Below are positions 50,602 through 61,907 of a DNA stretch of 64,000 nt, one piece after another. The translations under genes and the position numbers were made by a program. How positions within the stretch are numbered: the first letter of the stretch is position 1; each line of letters begins with the position of its first letter. The notes under the pieces were generated by a model. The model was given only the letters and a program-made list of their open reading frames with translations, was not told the origin of the DNA and made no database searches. Source of the stretch: Candidatus Poribacteria bacterium (lineage in GTDB: Bacteria; Poribacteria; WGA-4E; PCPOR2b); contig OZ244587.1 of NCBI GenBank assembly GCA_965218095.1, positions 5,408,001 to 5,472,000 of the forward strand, read 5' to 3'.

Positions 50602-51273
50602 GTGCAAACACCCCTGGCATCGGTTTCCTCGATCCTACGTTTGGAGGGGCCCGACGCGATGATTTGGAGACGGCAGTCATCAGTATGGCACTCTATTCAC
50701 CGACATGGGCAACATCACAATGGAGGTGACTTCTTCCGAGATCCGTTTGACGACACGGTGCCGTTTGAGGATGGCGGTGACCTGTTCGGAGTCTTGTCCC
50801 CGGATCCGGGACAGTGGACGCTTTTCGATTTCTTTATTGTTGCCCCCTTCTTCAACTTCATCATTGACGATTTCTTTGTCCTTGATCAGACCGCATGGGA
50901 TATGCACAGAATCGGAGGGGCAAGTCCCGACAATGGACTGTTTTTTGCCGGGCCAAATGCGGCAGCAGCCAACGGCAGAAACCCGGTAGGGTTTTATACC
51001 TCATTTTCTTTTTTTGAACCCGCGAGCAGCGTCAGCCATCTTGATGATGAAAATCCGATGCTCGCTGGGCTGTTGATGCTTGCCTTCGCGGATACAGGCC
51101 TCAGTGCGCGGCCCCTTAGCGGCATCGAAATAGGAATTTACGAGGATCTGGGTTATATACTCGTCGCACCGGAACCTTCAGTCGTACCGGAACCCTCTAC
51201 CCTACTTCTCTTTGTCGTGGGCATCCCTGGTATTATCGGCATGGGCTGGTGGCGTCGTAAGAAAGCCGCATAA
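50602..51273 (+). pseudogene. PEP-CTERM protein, N-terminally degraded
   Basis: 'VPEPSTLLLF...GWWRRKK'; 'SSVSHLD' region; no intact signal peptide in frame. Confidence 0.6.
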
Positions 51274-51665
51274 CAGCATCACCAACGCAGACACACAAAG
51301 CATCAAGATTTGCTCTGGATGCTTTCCTTGTGAATATAGTATCATAACGTCACGCACGCCTCGAAGAGGGTGCCGTAAAGGCGCCTTTCGGGGCGTTTTT
51401 TGTAGATTGACGCTTTGCATTGTCGTGAAGCGTAAAATGTGAGTGGTCAATGGTAAGTGGTTTGGGTCCTGACTCGACGATTCACCATTTCCTTTCCCGA
51501 AAAATGACTTGACTTTTATTCTCATATCGAATATACTGCTCCCCAGAAACAGAAAAACCTCTAAATCACCTATGTTTTGGAGGCTTTCTAATACTTCTAC
51601 TAGCGATAGTTAAATTGTTAGCGAAGCATCTCACTCAAACCAAACCATTTCATAAGGAGGATTCA

Positions 51666-52280
51666 ATGAAACTGAAGATTCTTTTCCGGTTGGCATTCGC
51701 CCTTGTAATCTGCTGCCTAACTTGGACGGTCCAGGGTCAGGGAGGCGAAAGTCAGGCCGTCCAACCGATGTACGGTGGGTTGCTGATAGACGGTTACGAT
51801 TTTAAGAAGGACATTGGTCCCAAGGGAACTATCTTATATGATAAGGAAGCAAACGAATTCCGAGGTACTTACATTGGGCTAAGGATGCCCAAGGGGCGTC
51901 GTGCAATTTTCGCGTGGCTCCACGATACAGTCAATCAAAAAAGTGAATATCTTGGCCCCGTTGGGTGGCTCAAAGTGGATACCGGCGGAAAAAGGAAGGG
52001 AAAGTTCCAAATCAAGGTTCCCAATAAGTTCAAAGGTGGGAATTTTGGGAATTATGAAATCATCGGGTTTACTTCCGAAAAAACATCGTATTTGAAGAAT
52101 GGCACGGAAGTCGTGGAGGTTCCAAAAGCGCCTTCTGGCAGCGATATTCTTGCCAAGCTGAAACCGGCCTTTTACCTATTTGCTGCCCTTCCGGGGGCGG
52201 ATACAGGCTTACATTACTGCGGTCACGGGCAGGATTTTTTTTATGCCAAAGACCTGGATAAACAATTTTGCTACGACTGA
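51666..52280 (+). CDS. Hypothetical secreted protein
   Basis: AAGGAGG RBS, signal peptide. Confidence 0.75.
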   Translation: MKLKILFRLAFALVICCLTWTVQGQGGESQAVQPMYGGLLIDGYDFKKDIGPKGTILYDKEANEFRGTYIGLRMPKGRRAIFAWLHDTVNQKSEYLGPVGWLKVDTGGKRKGKFQIKVPNKFKGGNFGNYEIIGFTSEKTSYLKNGTEVVEVPKAPSGSDILAKLKPAFYLFAALPGADTGLHYCGHGQDFFYAKDLDKQFCYD

Positions 52281-52399
52281 CTATGCGGTCAAAAATATTC
52301 GGCCTGTAAGGCCGCTGGATTGAAAGCTCACTAGGGGTGGATAATAGTTCATTATTATTTCTATTGATCAACAAACAACTTACATCGAAAAGATTAACC

Positions 52400-53321
52400 A
52401 ATGAAAAAAACAACTTTGCGGTATGGCGTTAACAGGTTTCCTCATCGGGTTGTGCTTGTCGAATGCAGATGCGGAAAGTTACATGGGGAAGCAACACACA
52501 ATCGAGTTTTCGACAGGTGACTTGATAGCAATTCTAGACGATCAGGAGATAATAGCCCGGAGGACATGGTCAAAGCACTGTTTGAAAAGGTGCAAAGCAA
52601 GGGGGTGTCGCCGGAAATAACGGAGTCCACGCTTTACATCTCAGACAAAAAACTCCGCTTTGATACAGAAGCGCCAGAGGGAAAAATGTCTCAACCGATG
52701 CGGTTGGACGAGGGTAAGATGTACAACATCATGTGGGACAAAAAAACAGTACATAGAAATGTCGATTGAAAATATTCGGCAGATGCAGGCGAAAACCCAA
52801 AATGCCAGAGAGCAGATGAGAGGGATGGAAAGCATGCTTGAGAGACTTCCCCCAGAAGCACGCGCTGAATTGGAAGCACGAATGGGGAAGAAGATGGGCG
52901 GTGAGAGCAAGTCAGTGCGTATCAAAAAGACTGGCCAGAGCAAAACCATTAATGGCTTTCACTGTGAAGAATCCCGCATAAAAAACAAGTCCGAAAAAAA
53001 CAGGCCTGGGTGAGCCGCAAGTATCCTCCACTCCGGAAGGCTTTTGAAACCATGTTGATTGAATTTCCTAGTTTCGATGGTTCGGACAAGGAAGATAAGA
53101 CAGATCTCGAAATCTGGAAATAGATTCCTGACGCCTGACCTGTGGTGATGAAGGCGTTTGAATTTAACGCCTTCCGCGGGGAGGCTTCCCTTGATATACA
53201 AGAGATGGTGTCTATGGAGGAAAAATCTCTATCCTCGAAAACATTCGACGCACCTGCAGGCTTCAAAAGAACCACCATACAGGATATGATGCAGGGCATG
53301 ATGCCAGATGGTACACGATAA
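52400..53321 (+). pseudogene. DUF4412-like secreted protein, multiply frameshifted
   Basis: Fragments 'KKQYIEM', 'KKTGQSKTINGFHCEE', 'FDAPAGFKR' in different frames. Confidence 0.55.
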
Positions 53322-53460
53322 AGAGGAGAAAAGGCACGACATTTCCAGTGTGCTTTGTGAACGGAGATTAAGCAACCATCGTGCTCCTTTCATCGGAAAA
53401 AGTTCCCGAACTTTTGGGAAGCTTGTTTTGTGAGTAGCGGTGCGTTAGTAGAGGTAGCCG

Positions 53461-54327
53461 ATGAAAGCCAAATACCATATGCGCTTCCTACTTTGTGTGA
53501 TATGCTTCGTTAGCGTGGGATGCAATACAGGGAAGTCTCAAGATCAACGACGTCCAGATACACAGAACAATGATAGCCATGAGAAAGCATCCCCTACACA
53601 CATCGCCGGCAAAGATGGCGCAGCGATGGCGCTGATTCCGACGGGAGTGTTTCAGATGGGCAGCGACAATGGTGCCCCCGATGAACAGCCGGTGCATACG
53701 GTCTACCTTGATGCCTTCTATATCGATAAGTATGAAGTCACCGCTGGGGAATACAAGCAGTTTGTCAAAGCAACTGGACATCCCGCTCCTGATTGGGATA
53801 GAGTCGTGGAATATGCCTCGACGGATGGACACCCAATCGTTTATGTCAGTTGGTACGACGCGATGGCTTATGCCAAATGGGCTGGAAAAACACTCCCAAC
53901 AGAAGCACAGTGGGAATATGCCGCCCGTGGTGGCTTGGAAGGGAAAGCGTACCCGTGGGGAGATGAGGCATGTGACAAAACGAAGGCAAACTACGACGGT
54001 TCAGAGATTGGAAAAACCACGCCTGTTGGTAAATATTCCCCAAACGGCTACGGTTTGTACGACATGGCTGGCAATGTCTGGGAGTGGTGCATGGATGAGT
54101 ACGATGTTGGCTTCTATGCGAAAAGCCCTGCCAATAATCCTGTATCGGGCGGTTTTATATCATTTGTTGACGACGTCTTTACAAAGGTTACCACCCGGCG
54201 CGTCGTGCGCGGCGGGGGGTGGGATGCCCCATCGCGTAGAGTACGTGTTGTGCATCGAGACGGCAATGGGCCAATCGGGGCGGTTGATAGCATTGGGTTT
54301 CGTTGTATAGCGCCTGTGGCGCCTTAA
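53461..54327 (+). CDS. FGE-sulfatase (SUMF1) domain lipoprotein
   Basis: 'LPTEAQWEYAARGG', 'NGYGLYDMAGNVWEW', 'GFRC'. Confidence 0.9.
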   Translation: MKAKYHMRFLLCVICFVSVGCNTGKSQDQRRPDTQNNDSHEKASPTHIAGKDGAAMALIPTGVFQMGSDNGAPDEQPVHTVYLDAFYIDKYEVTAGEYKQFVKATGHPAPDWDRVVEYASTDGHPIVYVSWYDAMAYAKWAGKTLPTEAQWEYAARGGLEGKAYPWGDEACDKTKANYDGSEIGKTTPVGKYSPNGYGLYDMAGNVWEWCMDEYDVGFYAKSPANNPVSGGFISFVDDVFTKVTTRRVVRGGGWDAPSRRVRVVHRDGNGPIGAVDSIGFRCIAPVAP

Positions 54328-54350
54328 GGCTATGAAAGGAGGCCCGTCGG

Positions 54351-54803
54351 ATGTCGTATCGACTGAGATGAGTTGAACTGAAGAGTTACAAGAATCTGGC
54401 TGCGACAAGTATTACCCTTGAACCGCTTACAATTTTGGTGGGCGCCAATGGCGCCGGCAAGAGCAACTTTGTGGACGCGCTTCGTTTCGTCAAGGAATGC
54501 TTGACCTAATCCGTCACTGTGGCCTTACAGAATCGCGGTGGAATTGGCGCCGTCCGCCGACATTCCAGAGGACATCTAACCCATTTCGGTTTTCGTTTCC
54601 AGATAGAAGGACCTCAACTGTCGGCCGATTATGCCTTTGAAATAGCCGCGAAATCTCATGGTGCCTTTGAAGTAAAGCGAGAGAGATGCCTTGTCGAATA
54701 CACACTTGGTGAACTGTTGCGGATGGGAGAAATGGTGACTGATAGTGAACCTGAAAAACAACCCATCCAGCAGCTTAATCTGTTTAGGACGAAGAAGGAT
54801 TGA
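54351..54803 (+). pseudogene. AAA ATPase remnant
   Basis: 'LVGANGAGKSNFVDALRF' followed by a stop and an internal deletion. Confidence 0.6.
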
Positions 54804-55330
54804 TGATGTTGGCAATTGTTCCAATCGTAGAGGGACATTCTGAAGTCAAATCCGTGCCTGTCCTCATGAGAAGAATCCTCAACCGGCATGGTATCTACGA
54901 TGTGGAGATCGCGAAACCGATCCGAGTCAAACGCCATCAAGTTGTTAAAGAGGGTGAGTTAGAAAAAGCAATTGGATTAGCTTGCTTGCGTCCCAACTGT
55001 GGTGCAATTGTCATTATTCTTGACGCAGATCATGATTGTCCAAAAGAACTGGACCTTGTTTACTTTGCCAAGGACAACAGGCGGCGTCAGACCTTCCTGT
55101 TTTGGTTGTTCTGCCCAAGTCTGAATTTGAAGCCTGGTTCCTGGGCAGCGTCGAATCTCTACGGGGAATCCGGGGTATTACAGACACGGCTGACCCGTTA
55201 TCCGATACGGAAGCAATCCGGGGTGCAAAGGCGTAGTTGAGCGAGCAGATGCCGGAACATCGCTATGTTGAAACGGACGACCAACCGGCTTTAGCCGAGC
55301 GTTTTTCTTTTGAGCAAGCCCATGAATAGT
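54800..55330 (+). pseudogene. DUF4276-family protein, frameshifted
   Basis: 'IVEGHSE', 'LDADHDCP', 'EFEAWFL' split over frames. Confidence 0.65.
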
Positions 55331-55444
55331 GCCGCTCATTCCGAAAGTTCATGAAAGATTTCAAAGGAATCCTGAACCAGATCTCCCAATTTGCAAATGC
55401 GCCCGGAGCGGTAACTGAGGCAATATGAATAAGGTTTCGGAATT

Positions 55445-56629
55445 ATGAAAATCATAGCCGTTGATCCATTTTACCTCAAAATGCCCCAAATCACCGACGC
55501 AGCAGATGGTACACAGGATACGCTCCTTGTGCGCATCCAGACAGACGAGGGGATCACCGGGTGGGGCGAATGCGATGCCTCACCGCTTGTATCGTTAGCC
55601 GCCTACTGCTGCCCGATGTCACATGGGAACATCATCAATATTCGTGAATCCTTAATTGGGGAAACACTTGATAGCCCCGACGATGTTTCCCGACTGCACA
55701 CAAAGGCGTTGCGTAACGGACTTGACATCCAGCAGATCCACCACGCCTACAGCGGCGCAGACATCGCCCTCTGGGACATTATCGGGCAAAAACTGGGTGA
55801 GCCGACCTACCGTCTGCTTGATAGCCAGTTCCAAAGCGCACATCCCAAGCTGCCGTATGCATCCGTTCTGTTTGGGGATACCCCCGAAGAAACATATCAA
55901 ATCGCATCACGGTTACGTGAGCAGGGGTATCGCGCTGCAAAATTCGGTTGGGGACCGATGGGGAAATTTGGTGAGGAGAACGATATTGCACTTGTCCGTG
56001 CCGCCCGCGAGGGCATGGGAGCAGATGCACAGATCATGATTGATGCTGGCGTGGCCTGGGGCGATGACCATGAGATAGCTTATGCCCGCGCCAAAGCATT
56101 TGCGCAATTTTCCCTTACATGGTTGGAGGAACCCCTCGCCCCTGATGCAATCGAGGCATATCGTGCGCTATCAAAGCAGAATCTACCTGTGCCAATTGCA
56201 GTGGGCGAGGGGTCTGGAACGTATCGCATGGCGGAAGACCTCATCTGTCACGGCGGGATTCAGTTTGTGCAGATCGATGTCGGGCGAATTGGCGGCATCA
56301 CAACCGCTTTCCGTGTGCGACAACTTGCCGAGCAGCATGGGGTTCAGTATGTGAATCACACTTTCAAGAGCCATTTGAGCCTTGCTGCTTCACTGCATGT
56401 GTTTGCGACCAATGAATCATTCAATCTGTTGGAGTATCCGGCTGCAGACTCTAAGCTATCTCAATGCCTGACGGTTGAGCGACTAAAAGTTAAATCTGAT
56501 GGACGGGTGGAGTTGACGGAGGGGCCGGGGCTAGGCGTGCGGGTTAATACAGAAGCGATGGGGGCGTATTTAGCCCCTGTGCGGATTCAGGTCGGTAACG
56601 AGGTTATCTTTGAGCCGGTTGAACTCTAA
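55445..56629 (+). CDS. Mandelate racemase/muconate lactonizing enzyme family protein
   Basis: 'DIALWDI', 'KFGW', 'WLEEP', 'GPGLG'. Confidence 0.88.
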   Translation: MKIIAVDPFYLKMPQITDAADGTQDTLLVRIQTDEGITGWGECDASPLVSLAAYCCPMSHGNIINIRESLIGETLDSPDDVSRLHTKALRNGLDIQQIHHAYSGADIALWDIIGQKLGEPTYRLLDSQFQSAHPKLPYASVLFGDTPEETYQIASRLREQGYRAAKFGWGPMGKFGEENDIALVRAAREGMGADAQIMIDAGVAWGDDHEIAYARAKAFAQFSLTWLEEPLAPDAIEAYRALSKQNLPVPIAVGEGSGTYRMAEDLICHGGIQFVQIDVGRIGGITTAFRVRQLAEQHGVQYVNHTFKSHLSLAASLHVFATNESFNLLEYPAADSKLSQCLTVERLKVKSDGRVELTEGPGLGVRVNTEAMGAYLAPVRIQVGNEVIFEPVEL

Positions 56630-56848
56630 CTTTACCCTCGCATAGCGAAAACTTACTGACTTCGATCTGGAATCGCCATATATTAAGTAGCGGACAAAAG
56701 TAGATCGATAATCGAAGGCACGTCACCCGCCGCTCAACTTTCAACTGTGCAACCTCAGAAGTGATTCATCACTTATCATGCCAGATGCCTGAACCACTGT
56801 TACTAAATGTTGAAATAATTCTGTCCAACGACTGACTGGAATCTAACA

Positions 56849-57619
56849 ATGGAGGAAAATATGATTCAAAAATATCTAGGTCTCTTGATTTTGAACCTTG
56901 CTATTATCGCAACAGCTTTTATTGCCTGTGCGATTTTCGTTTCTTGTGGAGATGAGGGGGAAGTGGTGACACCTGAGCCACCCACCCCGCAGCACCCATC
57001 GCCGGGTGAGCCAACACTTGAACCCCCTAGCCAACAGCAACCGGGTGAACAGACGCCGCAACCACAACCGGAACCACCGCTAGTTGAACAGATGCCACAA
57101 CCACCTGACCCACAACAACCGCAGCCAGCAGAACAGATGCCGCAACCACAACCGGAACCACCGCTAGTTGAACAGATGCCACAACCGGAACCGGAACCAA
57201 AGCCACCTGTTGCCCTTCCGGGACTCCCTGATGACACAGCGGGATATGAGCAGTGGTTGAAGCTGAACGCGCAACCGATCCCTCCGGTAGCGGGCTTCGA
57301 CCCACATCGTGGAACGAAAAATGTTTATGTCAACCAAACGCGTGAGGTCATTGCTCCGAATGGTCAGCAGCAGTTCCCTTATCCGGATGGCACGATTGTC
57401 GTGAAGGAAGCAATTCGTCCAGGTAAAGACTTTATTGGGCTGGTCGCAGTTATGTGGAAGGAAGCAGGAAGCAATCCCGCCGCTGGAGACTGGAAATTTG
57501 AGGAATTTACGCGAAACGCACCGGATGCAGAGTTTGGCTTGATTGCTGAGGGAGCAGCCTGCGCAGGTTGCCATTCGGGGGCTGCTGCTACAGACTTTGT
57601 GTTCACGCGACTTGAGTGA
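56849..57619 (+). CDS. Lipoprotein with Pro/Gln linker and cytochrome P460-family domain
   Basis: Lipobox VSC; 'YPDGTIVVKE', 'VM.K', 'GDW.F', C-terminal CAGCH. Confidence 0.75.
   Translation: MEENMIQKYLGLLILNLAIIATAFIACAIFVSCGDEGEVVTPEPPTPQHPSPGEPTLEPPSQQQPGEQTPQPQPEPPLVEQMPQPPDPQQPQPAEQMPQPQPEPPLVEQMPQPEPEPKPPVALPGLPDDTAGYEQWLKLNAQPIPPVAGFDPHRGTKNVYVNQTREVIAPNGQQQFPYPDGTIVVKEAIRPGKDFIGLVAVMWKEAGSNPAAGDWKFEEFTRNAPDAEFGLIAEGAACAGCHSGAAATDFVFTRLE
57047..57186 (+). repeat. Intragenic direct repeat (84-bp period) encoding EQxPQPQPEPPLVEQMPQP
   Basis: Two near-identical ~56-bp copies. Confidence 0.8.
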
Positions 57620-57689
57620 TAGACGATGGACAAATCAGCGTCTCTGTTTTTCACGCTTTATCACCTTTTACATATAAGGAGGTCATCAA

Positions 57690-58862
57690 TTGATATACAG
57701 GTTTCAGCTTGGATTTTTGGTCTTTTTACTCAGTGCATTGTTGGCAATTTCTTTCGTCCATGATAGCATGGCGCGCCCGGAATTTGCGGCGATGGAAGAG
57801 AAAGAGTGTAGCTTCTGCCACCTCGATCCGGCGGGCGGCGGACCACGCAACCCAGTTGGGCAAGTTTTTGAAGATAACTACTTTGAATTTCCTGAAGATT
57901 TCGATCCGGAAGCAATTATGGAGGAGGCGGAAGAGATTCGCCAGAAACTCACAACAGCGGTCAACATTCGTACCGCTTATGTCAAAACAACCGATGTTGA
58001 CCACGGAGGACGTGCAGGCAATTGCACGTCCTGCCACTCATCCATTGATAGTTTCCTGATGATGCAGGGCGAGTTGACCGTCAATGCACAAGCCTCGGAT
58101 AAACTTCGGATGACCCTATCCAACAATATGGGGACGCCCCTCAACATGTTTGCGACGGTTGATGCTATCCCCAAACACCTCTACGTCAAGGTGGGTCAAT
58201 TCCGCCTTCCCTTTGGTCTTAAACAGAAAGACCACAATATCCTGGTCCGTCAAGGGTATAACCTTGGATCGCATAAGCGGGATGTCGGGGTCGAGGTCGG
58301 GGGCACTTACGGCAAGTTGTTCTATAATGCCGCCGTGTTCAACGGAAATCGGAGTGCTGGGGGAGCCGTAGATACGAACCACCATAAGGGGCGGGTTGCA
58401 ACCGCTGGCGGTACGCTTGGACCCCTGCGGGGAGGCATCTCCTTTCTCCTTGATAGACCGTCAGATCGTGAAATGACCGCAGGAGCGTTTTTAACTGCCG
58501 TCCACAAAAATCTCACCCTCGAAGGCGAGTTCGATTTCGGAGGCAGTTTCGGCGACGATGAGAGCATCGGTTTCAGTGATGATGACATCACATCCAAGGG
58601 TTACTATTTTGGTGCGAAATATCGCGTGATGCCGGAACTGATGCTCTCTGGACGTTACGGATTGTTCGATCCGGATCGCACGCTCAAGGGGGATGCGAGC
58701 CAGCGCGTGACGCTTGCTGCACAATATATCTTTATGAAAAACGGTTCCCTTGAGCTATTCTATTGGCTCAATATCGCAAACGAGGACCACAACGAAACGA
58801 ACTCTGACCGGCAGCTTGAGGGGGTAGATCAGCTCATCCTGATGTCGCATTTTTGGTTCTAG
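57690..58862 (+). CDS. Cytochrome c-porin fusion (Cyc2-like), two CxxCH
   Basis: Signal peptide, 'RPEFA...CSFCH...GGG.RN..G..F', second CTSCH, beta-barrel ending in F. Confidence 0.65.
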   Translation: MIYRFQLGFLVFLLSALLAISFVHDSMARPEFAAMEEKECSFCHLDPAGGGPRNPVGQVFEDNYFEFPEDFDPEAIMEEAEEIRQKLTTAVNIRTAYVKTTDVDHGGRAGNCTSCHSSIDSFLMMQGELTVNAQASDKLRMTLSNNMGTPLNMFATVDAIPKHLYVKVGQFRLPFGLKQKDHNILVRQGYNLGSHKRDVGVEVGGTYGKLFYNAAVFNGNRSAGGAVDTNHHKGRVATAGGTLGPLRGGISFLLDRPSDREMTAGAFLTAVHKNLTLEGEFDFGGSFGDDESIGFSDDDITSKGYYFGAKYRVMPELMLSGRYGLFDPDRTLKGDASQRVTLAAQYIFMKNGSLELFYWLNIANEDHNETNSDRQLEGVDQLILMSHFWF

Positions 58863-58916
58863 TGCAGTTTTTAGCGAAAATTTCTAGAGGTTTGATCTAT
58901 AGGGGGAAGAGATAGG

Positions 58917-60002
58917 ATGTCTATTGCAACTAGTGCAATACTTGGTATTATTTTTCTTGGTTTGGGAAATGCCTCCGTGTTTTTGATGTATAAACTGTGG
59001 GGCTATCCCTTCGACCATGAAACCCGTACTAGCGCGGCCCCGAAATCGCTAATGTTTGTCCACCGCGCTATCGGCTATGCCTATCTGATCCTTTACATCT
59101 TCATGATGTGGCACATGGTGCCCCGCCTGTGGAATTATCAGGTTGAACTCCCACCGCGTACCGTTGCTCACCTGATGCTCGGTATCACAATCGGCGTTTT
59201 ACTTCTGGTCAAAATTTCGATTCTCCGCTTCTTCCGACACTTTGAGGAAGCGATGCCTTATATCGGGACAGCGCTCTTGATATGTACTTATCTGCTGATT
59301 GGTCTCTCTGTACCCTTCACATTGCGGGAAAGTGCTCTGCGGGTCAAGAGCGATGTCTTCAGCGATGCCAGCATCCAGCGGACGCATGCACGACTGCAAA
59401 TGGCGGGATTGCCGCCTGATGCGCCACTTGATAAGCTGGCTTCGAGGCGGAAACTGCGTGAAGGACAGGACGTTCTGTTGAAGAAATGCGTTCAGTGCCA
59501 CGATTTGCGAACCATCCTAGCGCGTCCACGCACTCCACCGGATTGGGTACGGACGGTGGATCGGATGGCAATCAAGCCGATGATAGGGGAACCGATTACC
59601 CAAGAAGATCAGTGGACGGTGTCCGCATATCTCATCGCTATCACGCCCGAACTGCAAAATTCAGCAAAAGAACAGCGGAAGCAGCGAATACAGGTCAGCA
59701 AAGCACAAACCGCCCTAGCCGTTTTAACGAATCCGGATGAAGTGATTGTAAATCCCGATGAGGTTGAGGAGACGGGTGAGATTCCTGCTGAAACGCCCTA
59801 TGCCCCGGACGTTGCGAAGGAGCTTTTTGAAATTACCTGTTCCCAATGCCATGAGCTTTCAGACGTTGATAATGTGCCGCCGACATCGGAGGAAGAAACC
59901 ACAGAACTGATCGCCCGCATGATTGATAATGGGCTCTTCATTGAAGAGGAGGATATCAAAATTATCGCTCGCTACCTGAATGAAACTTATGTGAATCGGT
60001 GA
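58917..60002 (+). CDS. Membrane protein with ~4 TM helices (His-containing) and two c-type hemes
   Basis: TM 'HRAIGY', 'AHLMLG'; CVQCH and CSQCH. Confidence 0.75.
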   Translation: MSIATSAILGIIFLGLGNASVFLMYKLWGYPFDHETRTSAAPKSLMFVHRAIGYAYLILYIFMMWHMVPRLWNYQVELPPRTVAHLMLGITIGVLLLVKISILRFFRHFEEAMPYIGTALLICTYLLIGLSVPFTLRESALRVKSDVFSDASIQRTHARLQMAGLPPDAPLDKLASRRKLREGQDVLLKKCVQCHDLRTILARPRTPPDWVRTVDRMAIKPMIGEPITQEDQWTVSAYLIAITPELQNSAKEQRKQRIQVSKAQTALAVLTNPDEVIVNPDEVEETGEIPAETPYAPDVAKELFEITCSQCHELSDVDNVPPTSEEETTELIARMIDNGLFIEEEDIKIIARYLNETYVNR

Positions 60003-60305
60003 TGGGGAGCATGGGATTAGAAGTAACGCGAAAACCGATGGAGGGAACGAGACCGTTTGGCGGCTGTTATACTGCGAAAGGGCATAAATGACGCTTTTGT
60101 ATCTTGAATCCTGAATCTTCGATGGATATCACATTCAAGATGCAGGATACAGGACGCCAGTGATGTAAGTCATAACCTGTTGCGGTAATGTATGTATAGA
60201 CATGGTTTTTAAAGAGTAACAGATTCTCGGTGCTTCGCGGCGGGACTGGGGGAGAATCGCAAAAACTCCCCTGATCCACCGGGGAATTAGGGGCCGGGGG
60301 GCAAA

Positions 60306-61364
60306 CTAAAACAATCCAGAGATTGAAATCCGCTGCGAATCGCCGAGATCATGGGCGTTGAAAGCGTAGTCTGCAAAGAGCGTCGCTTCGCCGAAACGGA
60401 GGCGAAGTCCGGCGCCTGCTGCAAGTTCATCCCCCTCTACGCCGATACGGACGGCGACTATGTTGAACAACCAGTATTCCCCACCGAACCGGAAAAGCAC
60501 CTCAGAACCCCCAGTCGCCTTGAGCTCTTTCTGATCCGTCTCCAAATCTGCCCCGAACGTTGCATCACCGATTACAGGGAATGCGATATGGTAAGATACA
60601 CCAATCCGGAGCCGTAGAGCACGGGTGAACATGGGTTTGTCGGGCGTATTCCAGCGGATCTGTGTGCCGGTGACATCTTCCAACATCGCCCCGATCCGGA
60701 GTCCACGATATAGCTTAAGCATGAAGCCGAGATCAACCCCGAAACCATTCCCCCTGTTTTCAAAGAGCGACTGTCTGAGTAGCTTCAGATTCCCACCGAT
60801 CGCGAGCCTTTGACTGATCTGACGGGCATAGGAAATCAGCACCGCATTGTCTGTGTTACTGAAATATCCTGCGATCTGGGGAGGCTCAAAGTAAAACTCG
60901 CCTTCCTCCTTGATTCCGTTACCATTCTTATCTTGAAAATCATCTAAAATGCCATTGCCGTTTGTATCCGTGAAAGTGGTGTGCGGGATGTCGTTCACAC
61001 CGAGTCGAATCCAACTAAGCCCTAAGCTCCCGATACCTTCAATCTGATGAACGTAATTGACAAAGTTGTACTCTACCAAACCTTTGCTGAGAAAGCCTCC
61101 CCCTTCTGTCCCAAAGGAATCGGAGTACATCGCGGAGAAGGCGTGCTTTTGAATCTGGGCAAGCCCGGCTGGATTCCAGTATGCCGCCGTGGCATCATCC
61201 GCAATGGATACGAACACACTCCCCATGCCCAACGCCCGTGCCCCAACGCCGTGACTGAGAAATGCCGCTGCATGGCCACCTTCTTCAGCGAACGCCGCCA
61301 TTGATACAATCGTGAACCCGAGGGCAAAGGCGAATAGAAATACGATCAGATACTTTTCAAACAT
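60306..61364 (-). CDS. PorV/UPF0164-like outer membrane protein
   Basis: 'FL..GVGARALGMG', 'DDATAAYWNPAGL', 'DYA'. Confidence 0.8.
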   Translation of the reverse strand: MFEKYLIVFLFAFALGFTIVSMAAFAEEGGHAAAFLSHGVGARALGMGSVFVSIADDATAAYWNPAGLAQIQKHAFSAMYSDSFGTEGGGFLSKGLVEYNFVNYVHQIEGIGSLGLSWIRLGVNDIPHTTFTDTNGNGILDDFQDKNGNGIKEEGEFYFEPPQIAGYFSNTDNAVLISYARQISQRLAIGGNLKLLRQSLFENRGNGFGVDLGFMLKLYRGLRIGAMLEDVTGTQIRWNTPDKPMFTRALRLRIGVSYHIAFPVIGDATFGADLETDQKELKATGGSEVLFRFGGEYWLFNIVAVRIGVEGDELAAGAGLRLRFGEATLFADYAFNAHDLGDSQRISISGLF

Positions 61365-61398
61365 AAAAATCTATGATATTTTGTAACATTTGTATTGG

Positions 61399-61830
61399 TC
61401 AGGAAGATGGCAGACAATTTACGGCTTGGATTTGGCGAGCAAAAGTGTCGATCATCCTATTGACCATTACAATATTTTGTAACATTCCTAAAATCTGTCC
61501 CATGTTGTCAAGATAGTAACCTTTTGATAAAATGAAATCACACTCGCCACTTAGCCCCTTTTCTGGAAGCACATCGAATCTTTTACCCGAATGAACTGCA
61601 AGATGTCCATGGTTTCTTTTGCCCAATTCCAGAAGAATTGGAGCGACAATAAACTCAGACCTTGCCTTCTCACTTGATGAAAATAGCCCCCAATCAAGAC
61701 TGACTGCAAATGTTTCCTTGAGCCATTCGCTCATCTCTAATGTGTCCACACTGTCAAACAGTTTCGCTCGTTCCTCAACTAAGTCAAATTCTGTTACAAC
61801 GTCTTGTAAACTAAAATCACTGTACGCCAT
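61399..61830 (-). pseudogene. Conserved hypothetical protein (restriction-fold-like), internally deleted
   Basis: 'MAYSDF', 'SEKARSEFIVAPIL', 'GL.G.CDF' then an abrupt jump to the C-terminus. Confidence 0.5.
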
Positions 61831-61907
61831 TGAAGAACACTCCCTTCTGCGGGACAATTTTCCTTACGGAAATATACAACAGCATCACATCCCATCTGTT
61901 TTTCCTT

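Noticed and set aside
53461-54327. Second EgtB/SenA
   Set aside because: FGE domain only; lacks the DinB domain and HxxxHxE motif
57047-57186. CRISPR-like repeats
   Set aside because: In-frame coding Pro/Gln repeats; no spacers or cas genes
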